DNA from: a virus
Length of the DNA: 64,000 bases
Direction: 5' to 3' (one strand)
Virus record (IMG/VR): IMGVR_UViG_3300037520_002383
Span: 1-64,000 of that record
The position numbers and the translations under genes were made by a program. Positions 9,501 to 19,152 of this stretch are shown here, piece after piece (position 1 is the stretch's first letter; each line of letters opens with the position of its first letter). A model generated the notes under the pieces. It had not been told where the DNA came from and made no database searches. It saw only the letters and a program-made list of their open reading frames with translations.

Positions 9501-12153
9501 ACTTATTCCATGATCTAGCAACTTCCGAGCTACTGAAGACCTCAACGTTATTCAGGGCCGTGCTCGCACTGCTGGTGATACGATGAACGAAATCAATAGT
9601 GCCGATCTCGGTATTCCCAGCGACCACCGACGCTAAATGGCCAGTCAGATTTTGGGTAGCAGAAGTGGTTTCGCTGAAGCCCAGCAACTGCGCTTCAAGA
9701 TCCTGAGCCACCAGAGCAATGTCGCCATCCAACCCGAACGAGTTGGTTTTGACGCGGACGCGCGTCGTGCGATATACCGAAGCCGTAGCTCCCGCCAGCT
9801 GATTATTGATGATGGTAGCCAAAGACGATGCCGTATAGGTTCCGGCCACCACCTGCACATTCACGGGCTCATGTGACGAACGGATAACACGCAAGTCACC
9901 GACGGCAAAGGTAAATGAAGCGGTATCAGCCACGCCCGTGGCGATGGTGTCAAAGGCCAATGTGGCACCGGATGCCAATACCGTAGCCACGCGCCAGACC
10001 CCGCGAAGTCCGGCATTGACAGCCGTATCCCAGAGCACCAACCAGTCGCCGGAAACGACATTGGCAAATGGCGTGCCGGTTGCTGCCGTCAAGTGCCAGC
10101 GTTCGCCCCAGGCGCCGGTGGCGTTTTTCGTCAAACCGAAAGAAGTCAGGGTATCAACTGAAATCGTGACGCGACTGGCTCCTCCATCCACAACCCACCA
10201 CATATTGCCGGTAGTAGCGGTGGTGACTGTCGACAACGCCGCGCTCTGAACAAACCCACGGGTATTGAAAGTGCCGACTGTCAGGGAATCGCCCAGGCTC
10301 AAGGGAGTTGCCAGACGCAACTCGCCCGTGTTGCGATTCAGAGTGTAGTCTGCGTCGCGTCCCGTTGCCGTTTTGATAGCAAACATGCCCTTGTCGGTCA
10401 GGGTGCCGCCGGTGATGGCGATGCTGGCGCGGCTGCTACGATCGGCGTTCGAAATCAGCTGAATAGCCGATCCAACGGCGCTGGCCGTGATGCCGGGTAT
10501 CGTATAGTTCAACACCTTGACCCAGGCCTCAACGGTATTTTGACCAAAAGTGCTATAACCCGTTCCGGCGTTGACGAAGCTAGCGGCATTGAATGTATAC
10601 GTCACGGCTGGCGTACCATCAACTGACACGATCAGGGTCTCAGACGTTGAGCTAAACGGCAGCCAGCTGGACTTGATGGCGCTAATGATTGCGGCTTCGC
10701 GGCCATCTTTGCTCAGCAATACGTCGTTCTTGTACAAGCGAATGGTTTCGATTTTGGTAACGCCGAAGGCTAGAGCTGAGTTGGCATCAGAGCCAGTCGT
10801 CGCCGTCATCACCTGGATGTCTTCGTTGCTTTCTTCTTTGGCGAAGATGGCTACGCCCGTGCCGCCGTTGATGGTGCGCGCCGAGAAAGGAAGGGTGCTG
10901 TTGCGATTGATTGAGGCCGCAATCTCATAGGCGGTTGCCGCAACGACAGTGCGGAAATCTTGTGGATCAAAATAGTGATCATACTCAAAACCGCCAACAG
11001 CCACAGCTAAATGGCTATCGGTAGCCAAGACATAGGGGGCGGTGTTTTGGGTCGCTACATAAGCCTTGGCGACTGGTCGCAGACTCAGCTGGAAGAACTC
11101 TTCGCCGCCAGTGGCTGAATCCACTAGCGCTTCGATCGCCACAGAGCCATCGCTTTCTTCGAAGCCCGTGCCATCATCGATATACAGCGTCGTGGGCTGA
11201 TTTTCACGCCGCACTATCGCGGCCGACACGACGCTCTTGCTATCGATGTCACTTGAGACGCCCAGCGCCGCGTTTTGAACCGCCAGATCTGTTCCGCGAC
11301 TACGAGTGGATCGAGTAGCGATGATGCGGTCTCGGTAGTCGGCATCGGATTCAGAGTCACGACCAGAGACGAGCGCCGATGGATTGCTGACGGCAGCGCC
11401 AACAAAGGGGGTCGTATTGAGGCTGCTAATGGCCCCAGCAGCCACATTGCCTACTGTGCCCGGAGTCTGGCAGGCCACAAAGACGCCCTCGATGGAGGTC
11501 TCGCCATCCAAGATAGTAGCGGAAAAAATGGTATTGAATGATACGGGCTGTGTCGTCAGTCCACGGATCGTTGATGCCTGAGTGCCAGCTGGAATCTGAC
11601 GATTGCCACCCTGTGCCAAAATCACCGACTCGCCTTGTTGATGAAAGCGAGTGGTGGCGGTGCTGAGAGTCATCTGCCAGAAGCCGCCTCCGGTCGCAGA
11701 AAGGGCACTGTAGGCAACAGGGCCTTCGTAGTTTGCGGTGCCGCGGCCGATATAGACAGAACCTGTGGCGGGCCAGCCCGTGGCATCGGTGATGTAGATG
11801 GTTGTGGAGCCGGCTGTGGGCGCGGGTTTGGCGCTTGACAACGGAGTTGACTTCTTGGTGAAGCTGGTGTCGGTGATCGTCACCAGGCCCGTGGCCGCTC
11901 GCTGACTACGCCTCGACACTCCCTCGCCTGCGCCAATCCGATCCAAGGTCGATCCAGAACTGCGCTCCAGACTCACGGCGTTCATGGCCGCAAATACGTC
12001 TTGAGTCGATCGCAGGTCGCTTTGCGCCGCGGCCTCCAAAATAGACAAAATGGGCGAGGCCGGCTTCAGTTTTGGGACGCGCTTCCGCGCCAAGAAACCG
12101 GCGACCATGTCGCCCAGGATTGCATTGTAGGAGCGGGCTTGAGGCTGTGCCAT
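6511..12153 (-). CDS. Baseplate J-like wedge protein (T4 gp6/P2 gpJ family), 1880 aa with a large internal insertion
   Basis: LDRIGAGEGVSRR...ATGLVT, VACQTPGTVGNVAAGAI, GRDSESDADYRDRI; C-terminal INTFGVGKSVVISDIVSAAASVNGV. Confidence 0.9.
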   Translation of the reverse strand: MAQPQARSYNAILGDMVAGFLARKRVPKLKPASPILSILEAAAQSDLRSTQDVFAAMNAVSLERSSGSTLDRIGAGEGVSRRSQRAATGLVTITDTSFTKKSTPLSSAKPAPTAGSTTIYITDATGWPATGSVYIGRGTANYEGPVAYSALSATGGGFWQMTLSTATTRFHQQGESVILAQGGNRQIPAGTQASTIRGLTTQPVSFNTIFSATILDGETSIEGVFVACQTPGTVGNVAAGAISSLNTTPFVGAAVSNPSALVSGRDSESDADYRDRIIATRSTRSRGTDLAVQNAALGVSSDIDSKSVVSAAIVRRENQPTTLYIDDGTGFEESDGSVAIEALVDSATGGEEFFQLSLRPVAKAYVATQNTAPYVLATDSHLAVAVGGFEYDHYFDPQDFRTVVAATAYEIAASINRNSTLPFSARTINGGTGVAIFAKEESNEDIQVMTATTGSDANSALAFGVTKIETIRLYKNDVLLSKDGREAAIISAIKSSWLPFSSTSETLIVSVDGTPAVTYTFNAASFVNAGTGYSTFGQNTVEAWVKVLNYTIPGITASAVGSAIQLISNADRSSRASIAITGGTLTDKGMFAIKTATGRDADYTLNRNTGELRLATPLSLGDSLTVGTFNTRGFVQSAALSTVTTATTGNMWWVVDGGASRVTISVDTLTSFGLTKNATGAWGERWHLTAATGTPFANVVSGDWLVLWDTAVNAGLRGVWRVATVLASGATLAFDTIATGVADTASFTFAVGDLRVIRSSHEPVNVQVVAGTYTASSLATIINNQLAGATASVYRTTRVRVKTNSFGLDGDIALVAQDLEAQLLGFSETTSATQNLTGHLASVVAGNTEIGTIDFVHRITSSASTALNNVEVFSSSEVARSWNKFVVGEKTPNFVGTTPRWGNNSDFHSMITGITTVTNTDLTLRSSAPRFWAQSDALYLASAYAIGPNDTMTTVIDGDIDSKRFVVPMYRRLKPTTATYGASNDMVDADNSNLSLTGAFGLGYSFNDFAVYMKSRLLTHSADANKRILWRWKRFGADGDWARLRYAYPLAASQPLQVTVDNRPTQAALRAYNLVSVRLPSGAARVDDTYLPRDSTRIGYGYNTVGGLDVLTICCGFPVTSASRTTTDVTLTLGLTMGLYNVSNHGLVAGDVIYLASTSGSFSSGLKVITTVGATTITYAEAGTAAGPIANIGSVSTDTVERRLNTGSVIVGDIIRLADSTFIPLAWRNRSFRINNLGDRYIQGYADYDDNLGTPGTTLTYQSLGSASNLSIFPIDGTANTATAIAASVNALGATCPVTATVTGTGSGTIALSSRDESPGTVNELVEYAALIDGVNWVSTTTSPGTLAGNYTLAFKAPITAALASNSDWINEEIRIAPVTAIDVVRWLNTLGISGLAQVAEVGLAANGRAPQIASVTPGSGGSVQIQGGTANAASASIVGSLTALNASSGPVVVSIPADQSLGFSAGMMAEVANAAAPSRALAIDNTLTANDAAGNLTFGGTSIISAGLLATTSLTTIQVRKQGRFVMMAGFTTPPSATEKMINITQGGSSPVSTANTGTFRIIASAVSNTAGAYAVWFENPNAIEEDGKTVSIRYVTSGPMAGDYFAIDGEEWGVANKGLWRIQSVSYTTQSIQLDTSERAWVAQTTPTVALGLNASKYRFIAASKVRHIGRIESISPHATNPLLVDVKMDMVHDTDTTGAITYSRSIPGDYEISDVYGAVLASLDKLDFDTSIVPGIDAYRYNTGLLAEVNRVVMGDLREPEAYPGVVAAGTNIAISGPLVKRIQVSLAIRLRLGVLPQDAIAYVRSAVAGAINTFGVGKSVVISDIVSAAASVNGVLAVSIVSPSYNGDNDLIAVQPYEKAFVLDAEQDITVAIIGE

Positions 12154-12202
12154 GATCTATACTCTTGGAGGAAATGGGGCGGGTCGCAACCAGCCCGAGC
12201 CA

Positions 12203-12209
12203 AAGATTC
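12203..12209 (-). promoter_or_regulatory. Candidate late promoter GAATCTT
   Basis: 50 nt upstream of baseplate J. Confidence 0.6.
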
Positions 12210-12242
12210 GATCTGTGTCTCACGCCAATCGATAGCCTAAGG

Positions 12243-14834
12243 CTACCTAACGACATCAAACGACACGGGAATAAGCTGTTCTACGCCATTGACGCCAACG
12301 TGAATGATCTGACGAGCAACGGGGCCAACCTTTTGTACGGCAGCAAACTCAACTCGCGCAAAATCGCTGTCTTGTGACAACAACCCGCGAGTTGCTTCAA
12401 GCAGCTGTTCGGCGTCCAAATCAGCGGTGCTGATGCCCACCGGCACCTCGATGCCCACCGAGGGATGCTGAAGCAGGCTGCCACGAGGCGTTGACACCAG
12501 AATCCTCAGCCGCTGCAGGATGTTGTTGAGGCCCACGGCCCAGGGCGTGTCGCCATCTGCCGTTACGATGATATCGTTCGCAGAGGTAAGGGCCAAATCA
12601 ATGCCACCGGCATCCAAAAGCGTCTGAAAGCTAGGCACCCCCGGCACATCTCGATTGACGAGACTGGGGTCGACGGCTTGCGGGCTAGGAATAAAGATCT
12701 GTTGAGTGCTATTGACTGTATCCGGAAGATAAGTATGAAGATACGCGCCGGCCGTTGTGGTGTACAATGACATATCATTATTGCCGTCTACGTTGATATA
12801 ATAAAAGCCATCGCTGATCTTTTCGATAGATGTGATGCGGCGAGTGGTTTGCGTGATTGTACGACTTCCAATCTGAATCATCTGACCGACATAAAGATTG
12901 CTGGCGTCGCTGATAGCCAGAGTATTTCCGTTGCCATTGACGAGAAGGGACAACTCAAACCCCGTTTCATCGACATACGGCGCCCGCAAGCCATTCAACA
13001 CCGCAATCTCGTGCCAGCGGTTGGCATCGCCCAGGTATTGACGCGCTAGGGATTCGAGCGTCCCACCATAAGGAAAGGGGACGGCAAACTTCGACACCGG
13101 TTGCTGGAAGGCGACGCCGTTTCCGCGCGCCAGACCAGCTACATATGACAAAGCAATATTGGTATTGCTCTGATCCTCTTGACGCAGGATCAGCTTATCG
13201 AAAGCCATAACGGTGTTATTCAAGGCCCACAATATCTCAAAGTCGGCGTCAGTGGCCTCGCGAGTCTGCGGCTTTGGTACTCGGTCGGTCGTGGCGTCAA
13301 ATGTTGCCGAGCCCTGCCCAACTGCATCTGCAAAGTCCTGCATGATTTCACGCACAGCCATCTGTCGTTCCAACAAGTCACTGCGCCGCAGTCCGCGAAC
13401 GCGATTGACTTCATCTCGAATCTGACTGGCGATGTTGGGTGCGAAGTTGACGCGCCGTACGTCAACGGCGCTAAAGGCGGCGTGGGCCGACAAAGGGTTA
13501 TCGAAGAGCTTTTGAATAGCGAGTGGGCTTCGGGAATCGCCGGGCACGGATTCAAGGGTCTTGGAGCCGCCCTTGGTCATCGCCTGTTCAGCAGTCGATT
13601 GTCCTTCTTGAATCTGTTTGCCTTGTGACGACGAATCCTTGAACGTCAAGGCGTCTTGGGATCTTTTTAGGGCAGCAGTCGTCTGTTGGCGAGCCTCTAT
13701 GAGATTGGGGCCCAAGCCATCCCAGCTCTTTGTGATTGAGCCGGCCCCGGCTTTGATGACGTTGGCCGGAAGGTCGGCGACTGACACCGACAGGCCCGCC
13801 AAGTCTTTCACCAACAAAACGGTTTCGCGGAATATGGAAAAGAGTGCATTGTTGGCGGCATCGCCGCGTATGCCCGCCAGTAGATCCTTGCTTCTGATCA
13901 CGGTGTCTCTGGCTGCAGCCAATACTTCTAGGGTTTTGGTCAAGTTTCCAAGTCCGCCGGTGTCGATCTCCAGGGGATGAATGGGTCCGGGACCACTCAA
14001 CTCAATGCGTCGCCAGGCCTTGGCGGAAATACGATAGTTGTAACGCAGGGGCGACGCCGCCGAACGCTGAACCTCAAAAGACTGCGGCGTAATGAGATAT
14101 ACCGATTGATCTTTCCACATCGCCAAAGCCAAACGCATATTACGGCCAGTAGCCGTCATCTTGACGCGAGCGTATCGCTCAAAGAACTGCTGCAGCAGTC
14201 GCATCTGGTAATATCCGCTGCCGCGACTAATCGATCCAATCTCGTCCCTACCAAACTCCGTCGGCGTCATGAGATTGGCGCGGGGTACGAGTCGCGTGGC
14301 CGTCTCCGCCACAGCCAGAGTCGACAATACAGTGCCGCCGGCTAGCGCCAAAAGCTCTGGATTCAAGGCATCTGGACGCCCCTTAGTTGCTGAAGAGCGT
14401 AGAGGTACGACTCCCGTGGTGCCGGCGATGTTGATGAGGCGAAACGGCGCTCCGCCATGTTCCTCGACGATACCCTCTAGTGTCGCGCGGGTGTCGATGG
14501 CAAAGGGCGTGCTGATGGTCAGAGACTCAGGCGGAATCGGCAACGTAAAAGACCATTGACCATCAGGTAGCTGCACGGGTTCGTATCTTCCGTTCGCGTA
14601 TTGGACGACAATGAACTGATAAGGATATAGTTTGTTCCAGCGAACGGGGTCGATTGTATTATACGCTGGCTCCCATGCCGCATCGATCGCCGCCTCCATG
14701 CTCCATGGGCCACTGCGAACGGGAACGGCATTGGTGCGCGACGCTAGCTGGGCCATGGAGCTAATGGTGCCGGCACCCTGGAGGGCTCCGGCGGCGTTAG
14801 CGACTGCACCTTGAGTTCCCGCGACTGCACTCAT
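12243..14834 (-). CDS. Baseplate fusion protein: putative tube initiator, LysM-like and gp25-like domains
   Basis: LysM-like GGTLESLARQYLGDANRWHEIAVLNGL; C-terminal GLNNILQRLRILVSTPRGSLLQHPSVG resembles gp25/gpW. ATG 14834 chosen; the ORF is open to 14879. Confidence 0.7.
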   Translation of the reverse strand: MSAVAGTQGAVANAAGALQGAGTISSMAQLASRTNAVPVRSGPWSMEAAIDAAWEPAYNTIDPVRWNKLYPYQFIVVQYANGRYEPVQLPDGQWSFTLPIPPESLTISTPFAIDTRATLEGIVEEHGGAPFRLINIAGTTGVVPLRSSATKGRPDALNPELLALAGGTVLSTLAVAETATRLVPRANLMTPTEFGRDEIGSISRGSGYYQMRLLQQFFERYARVKMTATGRNMRLALAMWKDQSVYLITPQSFEVQRSAASPLRYNYRISAKAWRRIELSGPGPIHPLEIDTGGLGNLTKTLEVLAAARDTVIRSKDLLAGIRGDAANNALFSIFRETVLLVKDLAGLSVSVADLPANVIKAGAGSITKSWDGLGPNLIEARQQTTAALKRSQDALTFKDSSSQGKQIQEGQSTAEQAMTKGGSKTLESVPGDSRSPLAIQKLFDNPLSAHAAFSAVDVRRVNFAPNIASQIRDEVNRVRGLRRSDLLERQMAVREIMQDFADAVGQGSATFDATTDRVPKPQTREATDADFEILWALNNTVMAFDKLILRQEDQSNTNIALSYVAGLARGNGVAFQQPVSKFAVPFPYGGTLESLARQYLGDANRWHEIAVLNGLRAPYVDETGFELSLLVNGNGNTLAISDASNLYVGQMIQIGSRTITQTTRRITSIEKISDGFYYINVDGNNDMSLYTTTAGAYLHTYLPDTVNSTQQIFIPSPQAVDPSLVNRDVPGVPSFQTLLDAGGIDLALTSANDIIVTADGDTPWAVGLNNILQRLRILVSTPRGSLLQHPSVGIEVPVGISTADLDAEQLLEATRGLLSQDSDFARVEFAAVQKVGPVARQIIHVGVNGVEQLIPVSFDVVR

Positions 14835-14903
14835 GAGCACAACCTGTATAGGAGGGGGAAGTAGGTGGCGCTCGTTCAAGCGGCGCCACCGGTCACAGCT
14901 CCC

Positions 14904-14910
14904 AAGATTG
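14904..14910 (-). promoter_or_regulatory. Candidate late promoter CAATCTT
   Basis: 70 nt upstream of ATG 14834. Confidence 0.6.
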
Positions 14911-14947
14911 CGCTGACGACATGATAATCAAACGAGAGGCAGAGGAA

Positions 14948-15484
14948 ATGAGCAACATCCAACGACTGCTCTTGATCAACGCACTGTTTGTTTTGACGAT
15001 CTTGCCTCCGAGGTGTGCGTCATGGGGATTAGAAATCCACGACTGTAGTCTGGGCTTGGAGGCCATCGACGACGTCATAGACGCCGCCGCCGAAAAATGG
15101 CCGGAAGTTCACGACATCAGCCAGCGACTGGACATCATCTGCCTGCCGCCAGGCATTCGAGGCATCGCCAACTATAACAACTGCCAACAGGATGTCCTCG
15201 CATGCAGCCGACGCCCAGGATCAGATACCATGCGAGCCATTATCTTAGTTGCAAACGATGTGCCAGTTGATATCGTCTTGGGGCATGAGTTGTTGCATCT
15301 AGTAGCGATGCAACGCGGTGTAGTGGGCGGTTGCTATCGTCACAAGCCGGAGTGCTGGGATTGGAACGCCGTGGAAGAACTCCAGCAACTGGCCATGGAT
15401 GTCGGTGATTGTGTGCGTGGAGAGTGTGTATGTGTTGCCGAGGATGGTTCAAAGGATTTTGCCACAGAATGTGCCTCGCCGTGA
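14948..15484 (+). CDS. Exported Cys-rich putative zinc metallopeptidase
   Basis: Hydrophobic N-terminus, GHELLH (HExxH), many Cys; SD GAGGA. Confidence 0.55.
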   Translation: MSNIQRLLLINALFVLTILPPRCASWGLEIHDCSLGLEAIDDVIDAAAEKWPEVHDISQRLDIICLPPGIRGIANYNNCQQDVLACSRRPGSDTMRAIILVANDVPVDIVLGHELLHLVAMQRGVVGGCYRHKPECWDWNAVEELQQLAMDVGDCVRGECVCVAEDGSKDFATECASP

Positions 15485-15571
15485 TCACGCCGCCGATGCT
15501 TCTGGCTCTGGCGATAATCGTCATGGTTCATGGCGCCGGGAGACGTTTGAGGTAGACCTTAGGAGGATGCT

Positions 15572-15772
15572 ATGTCCGATATCCGCTTCGTCGTCGCGTC
15601 CATAACCATCGCCTTCTTCCTCGTGTCTCTGGTTTTGAGTCTACCCGGAACCCACCACCGCTTCCACTTCATTCGCGAGGCCTGCGATGCCGTCGTAGGC
15701 CTCGGCATCTTTCTCGTCTGCAGTCTATGGCTGCTGTCGTTTTTGATTGACGGAGCCCAGTCCATGATCTAG
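15572..15772 (+). CDS. Small two-TM membrane protein
   Basis: AGGAGG SD; two hydrophobic stretches. Confidence 0.6.
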   Translation: MSDIRFVVASITIAFFLVSLVLSLPGTHHRFHFIREACDAVVGLGIFLVCSLWLLSFLIDGAQSMI

Positions 15773-15798
15773 TCTGCCCAAAGACGGAGGCAGACATC

Positions 15799-16206
15799 AT
15801 GCAATCGCGGTTTTTTGAGGTTGGGGATCTGGTAACCCCCAAAACCACCATCGACGAGATTTTAGTCGCCGGCAAAGTCTTTACGGTCGAGAATCGCCTG
15901 TGCGATGGCTTCGTCATCACGCTCAAGGAAGTGGGCGGAACCTGGAGTCATTCTCGATTCGAGGCACTGAAGCTCAGTGATGGCCAAGAGACTCGGCGCG
16001 TGCGAATCGACGACCTGCTCTCGGCCAACAATCGCTATCTAGAAGAAGCTCGTGCGGCGCGTCGGGAAACCGAAAGCCTGCGATTGACGCTTGCGGCCGT
16101 CGAGGCGCAACGCGATCACTTGGCCGCCGTAGTTGCCCTCGCGGCATCGGGCAATCTCAAAGAGATCGTAAATCATCTCATCTCAACGAATAAGGATAAC
16201 AAATGA
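15799..16206 (+). CDS. Hypothetical protein (SH3-like N-terminus plus coiled coil)
   Basis: GGAGG SD; FEVGDLVT start; heptad-like C-terminus; ATGA-coupled to the next gene. Confidence 0.65.
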   Translation: MQSRFFEVGDLVTPKTTIDEILVAGKVFTVENRLCDGFVITLKEVGGTWSHSRFEALKLSDGQETRRVRIDDLLSANNRYLEEARAARRETESLRLTLAAVEAQRDHLAAVVALAASGNLKEIVNHLISTNKDNK

Positions 16207-16619
16207 AGTTAGATAAGTCAGCCATTCTCCAGGCGATTGATGTTTTGGAGGCGGAGATCGTTCTCGCTAAGCTAGGATGTCGGCGTCGCGGACTGCAGTC
16301 GTTGATGACGCCTTCCGAAGGCGTACACTGGATTCTCAAACAGCCCCATCATCAACGCAGCATAATGGACTTGAAGCAAGCCATTCACCCACTGTACGCG
16401 GCTTTGGCTCATGCCCGTGGTCGCATCCATGCAGCCGATAACAATCCACAGCTGCAGCCCAAGATCGACCAAGCAACACGTCGCCATCTACCCCTGCACC
16501 AACAAACACCCGAGTTTTGCCGTGCTTGGATGGCACAGGAATGTTATGTGCAGAAGATGGCTGCTAGCTTCATGCCAACACAAACGGTACGGGAATCGGA
16601 ATCGGTCCAGGTTGCGTAA
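16203..16619 (+). CDS. Hypothetical protein
   Basis: AAGGA SD; overlaps the convergent gene by 50 nt. Confidence 0.65.
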   Translation: MKLDKSAILQAIDVLEAEIVLAKLGCRRRGLQSLMTPSEGVHWILKQPHHQRSIMDLKQAIHPLYAALAHARGRIHAADNNPQLQPKIDQATRRHLPLHQQTPEFCRAWMAQECYVQKMAASFMPTQTVRESESVQVA

Positions 16620-17661
16620 TGATCAGGGCGCCAACCGAAACTGCGGCAATGGCGCTCGCCATCAGCGTCACATCCGCCTGAGACCGCAAAGAACTCCATC
16701 CAGCTCCCGGACCAACTGTTGGCACTAGGACGGTTGGTGCCATCGTGGCCATGATGATGGGGCCGGCGGCAAAGACGCCGGGCGGCGGCGCGGCGGTAGT
16801 GGCGGTAAGCGTCGGCCAGATGGTAGCCGCCGAGGCCGTCACTACACCCCAAAAAGCCAAAAGTCCCGCCGTCAGAGCCACAGCGCCCATGCCGGGCACA
16901 GCCGACATGCCGTCCATCGTCGTCTTCATTGCCTGCATTGCGGCGTCGTAGGATCCAGGCAGTGGAGCAGGCAAGCCCGCACCGAAGTAGGCGCCATATG
17001 CCGTACTCCAGGCTCCGCCGACTGTGAAGTCCGCGGCAGAGGGCGTGGGGCGAGGTGGCGTGACCAGATATCCACAACCAGCGGGGATTAGACTACTAAA
17101 GCGACGAAACTTGATGGTGATTTCATGTCCGACGGCAACTGCCGGAGTCATGGCGCCGATGCCAATAGATCCCATGGCTAGGTTGTGTCCCGGCACCGAG
17201 ACGTCTACCGCGCCGTCGCTCGCTGGCGATATGCGCTGAACAGACGTCACGAGGCTGACATTAGACGCATCTACCGAAAAAAGCCGTTGGTCTGCAGCCG
17301 TGGCTACGACCGTGACCGTCTGTTCGCCACTGCCGTCTTCTGCTGGCTGAGACAAGACGATTTGTGTCGGCGTACTTGAGGCAACAACAACACCCGTAGC
17401 CAACATCGTGGGGGGTGTGGCGCTAGATCCGGGAATGGTGGCATCGGCAGAGATACTGACCGTGCCGCCGGCCAAAGAACCACTGAAGCCCGAACCCACC
17501 AGGGTCGTGTTGCCGCTGCTGCCGGCAAGAGACAGTCCGGTTATAGACGCCGGCGGCCGATAACCCTCATCGGGCCAGCCCAGAGACGGGTCTTCCTGGC
17601 CAGTGGGGCCCACGGGCACCATGAACTTTGTCATTTCATCAATCAAAGCCGCAACCGTCAT
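16570..17661 (-). CDS. Baseplate/spike-associated virion protein
   Basis: 363 aa, Gly/Ala/Thr-rich; SD AAGGGG; lies right after the spike gene. Confidence 0.65.
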   Translation of the reverse strand: MTVAALIDEMTKFMVPVGPTGQEDPSLGWPDEGYRPPASITGLSLAGSSGNTTLVGSGFSGSLAGGTVSISADATIPGSSATPPTMLATGVVVASSTPTQIVLSQPAEDGSGEQTVTVVATAADQRLFSVDASNVSLVTSVQRISPASDGAVDVSVPGHNLAMGSIGIGAMTPAVAVGHEITIKFRRFSSLIPAGCGYLVTPPRPTPSAADFTVGGAWSTAYGAYFGAGLPAPLPGSYDAAMQAMKTTMDGMSAVPGMGAVALTAGLLAFWGVVTASAATIWPTLTATTAAPPPGVFAAGPIIMATMAPTVLVPTVGPGAGWSSLRSQADVTLMASAIAAVSVGALIITQPGPIPIPVPFVLA

Positions 17662-17673
17662 CTCAATCCCCTT

Positions 17674-18741
17674 TTAGCCGTTTGGAATCGAGACCTTGTT
17701 GCTCTTGATGGCTGGATCCCATGCCGGGGCCATGATCGTCGGCGCCGGTGGACCCGTTGGCCCCATGGCGCTGGGATGGATGTGGGCATCGAACAGATCC
17801 AGCTTCGCCTTCAGCTGATTATACAACACCTCTAGCGCCTCAACAATAGCAACATGCCTGGTGCCATCCCCTACCGTCATTTTTGTGTCGCCGTCCTTGC
17901 CGACGACCGCCAGTGTGGCGCCATCCTGCAATCTCACTGTCAGCTCGCCGTTGTTCATCGTCAACTGAAACTTGGGCGTTTCTCCGTCGGCATCTAGACC
18001 CGTAACTTCCAGGGCCGTATTCGCGCGCACCGAGATTTTGTTGTTTGTGTGATCGAGATGGATCGACTGTTGACCGTCCTTGGTCTGGAACCTAATCGAT
18101 CCATCTTTAGTTAGTGCCATTTGACTGCCGCTGGCATTGGCGTCCGCGGAATCCCGCAGCTGATCGTCGGCATCGGTGGCGCCACGAAACGATAGCAGAA
18201 ACTGGCCAGCGTCATCGACGTGCATCGTCACGCCATTGAAGCGACGAATCCAGTAGTGACCAGCATCGGCGGTCTCGGGCATCGACCGAAGGCCCTCGGG
18301 ATCCTTAGTTGCTTCGGTATGCGGTAGGCCGCCGACGATGATGCCGTATCGAGCGTTACCGGAGAGACACAGAACCAACACCTGACTGCCGGCCTCCAGC
18401 TTCTGAGAAGGCGATTTATCCTTGGGATTCAGGGCCATGGGGTCCTTGGCCGCCGGCCGCGGCGTCCAAGTCTCAAAATCTGCGACGCCACCAAACATTG
18501 ACGCGACGCGACAGCGATATATCAAAGTCGTGGACCTGATGCCACTACCGCGATTTTCATACTCAATCGCTACGTCGTATTCAATGTATTTTTTGTTGGC
18601 ATTTGTGTCTTGGTCAGGATAATGAACTGACCGAACCCTACCGACATAAAGAGTCGGAAAATCTAAAGGATTGCTGCGTGTGCCGCTGTCGGAAACTAGG
18701 CTGCTGGGAAGCACGGTCCCGTTGAACTCATAGACATTCAT
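17674..18741 (-). CDS. Central baseplate spike (gpV/gp5-like)
   Basis: N-terminal OB-fold-like GRVRSVHYP...GSQVLVLCLSGNARYGIIVGGL, beta-strand repeats, C-terminal HIH metal-binding tip; SD AAGGGG before ATG 18741. Confidence 0.8.
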   Translation of the reverse strand: MNVYEFNGTVLPSSLVSDSGTRSNPLDFPTLYVGRVRSVHYPDQDTNANKKYIEYDVAIEYENRGSGIRSTTLIYRCRVASMFGGVADFETWTPRPAAKDPMALNPKDKSPSQKLEAGSQVLVLCLSGNARYGIIVGGLPHTEATKDPEGLRSMPETADAGHYWIRRFNGVTMHVDDAGQFLLSFRGATDADDQLRDSADANASGSQMALTKDGSIRFQTKDGQQSIHLDHTNNKISVRANTALEVTGLDADGETPKFQLTMNNGELTVRLQDGATLAVVGKDGDTKMTVGDGTRHVAIVEALEVLYNQLKAKLDLFDAHIHPSAMGPTGPPAPTIMAPAWDPAIKSNKVSIPNG

Positions 18742-18753
18742 GAAAATCGCCCC

Positions 18754-18782
18754 TTGACGATGGCCTGGGACTATGCTACCAA
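18754..18782 (+). promoter_or_regulatory. Sigma70-type promoter, extended -10 (weak)
   Basis: TTGACG-N17-TACCAA preceded by TG; ATG 7 nt after. Confidence 0.45.
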
Positions 18783-18787
18783 GATTG
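18781..18787 (-). promoter_or_regulatory. Candidate late promoter CAATCTT
   Basis: 40 nt upstream of the spike gene. Confidence 0.6.
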
Positions 18788-18789
18788 CC

Positions 18790-19152
18790 ATGACCACAGA
18801 AATCTACCTTAGCACGTTCAACCGCTACATGCGGGGGCGTATGGCCGATATTGCTCAACAGCTGCAGGTCGACCATGACATTGCGGAAGTCAATCGATGC
18901 ATCAAGGCATTCTTTCCGCCGCTGTCTGGCGGCCGCCGCAATATGGCCACGGGATGTTGGGTGATTGCGCAGCCGCGCCTCAACCGCCATCCGCATGATC
19001 AAAACACGGGGATGGCGATCGCCATTCGTTTGCCCGAAAACTACCTGTCATTGGAAGAAGCCACGCAACAGGCGACGTTGCTTGTACGTCTACAGCCACT
19101 ACTGTTGCAGATCGTCAACGACTACCAAGATTTTCGAATCAAGGACGACTAA
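18790..19152 (+). CDS. Hypothetical protein (probably leaderless)
   Basis: ATG 7 nt after a -10 candidate; TAATG-coupled to the aminotransferase. Confidence 0.65.
   Translation: MTTEIYLSTFNRYMRGRMADIAQQLQVDHDIAEVNRCIKAFFPPLSGGRRNMATGCWVIAQPRLNRHPHDQNTGMAIAIRLPENYLSLEEATQQATLLVRLQPLLLQIVNDYQDFRIKDD

Noticed and set aside
17674-19002. Longer track starts for spike (19002), hub (23989), tape measure (45258) and dNMP kinase (52882)
   Set aside because: The extensions overlap divergent genes or promoter elements; downstream ATGs fit SD and/or AATCTT context better
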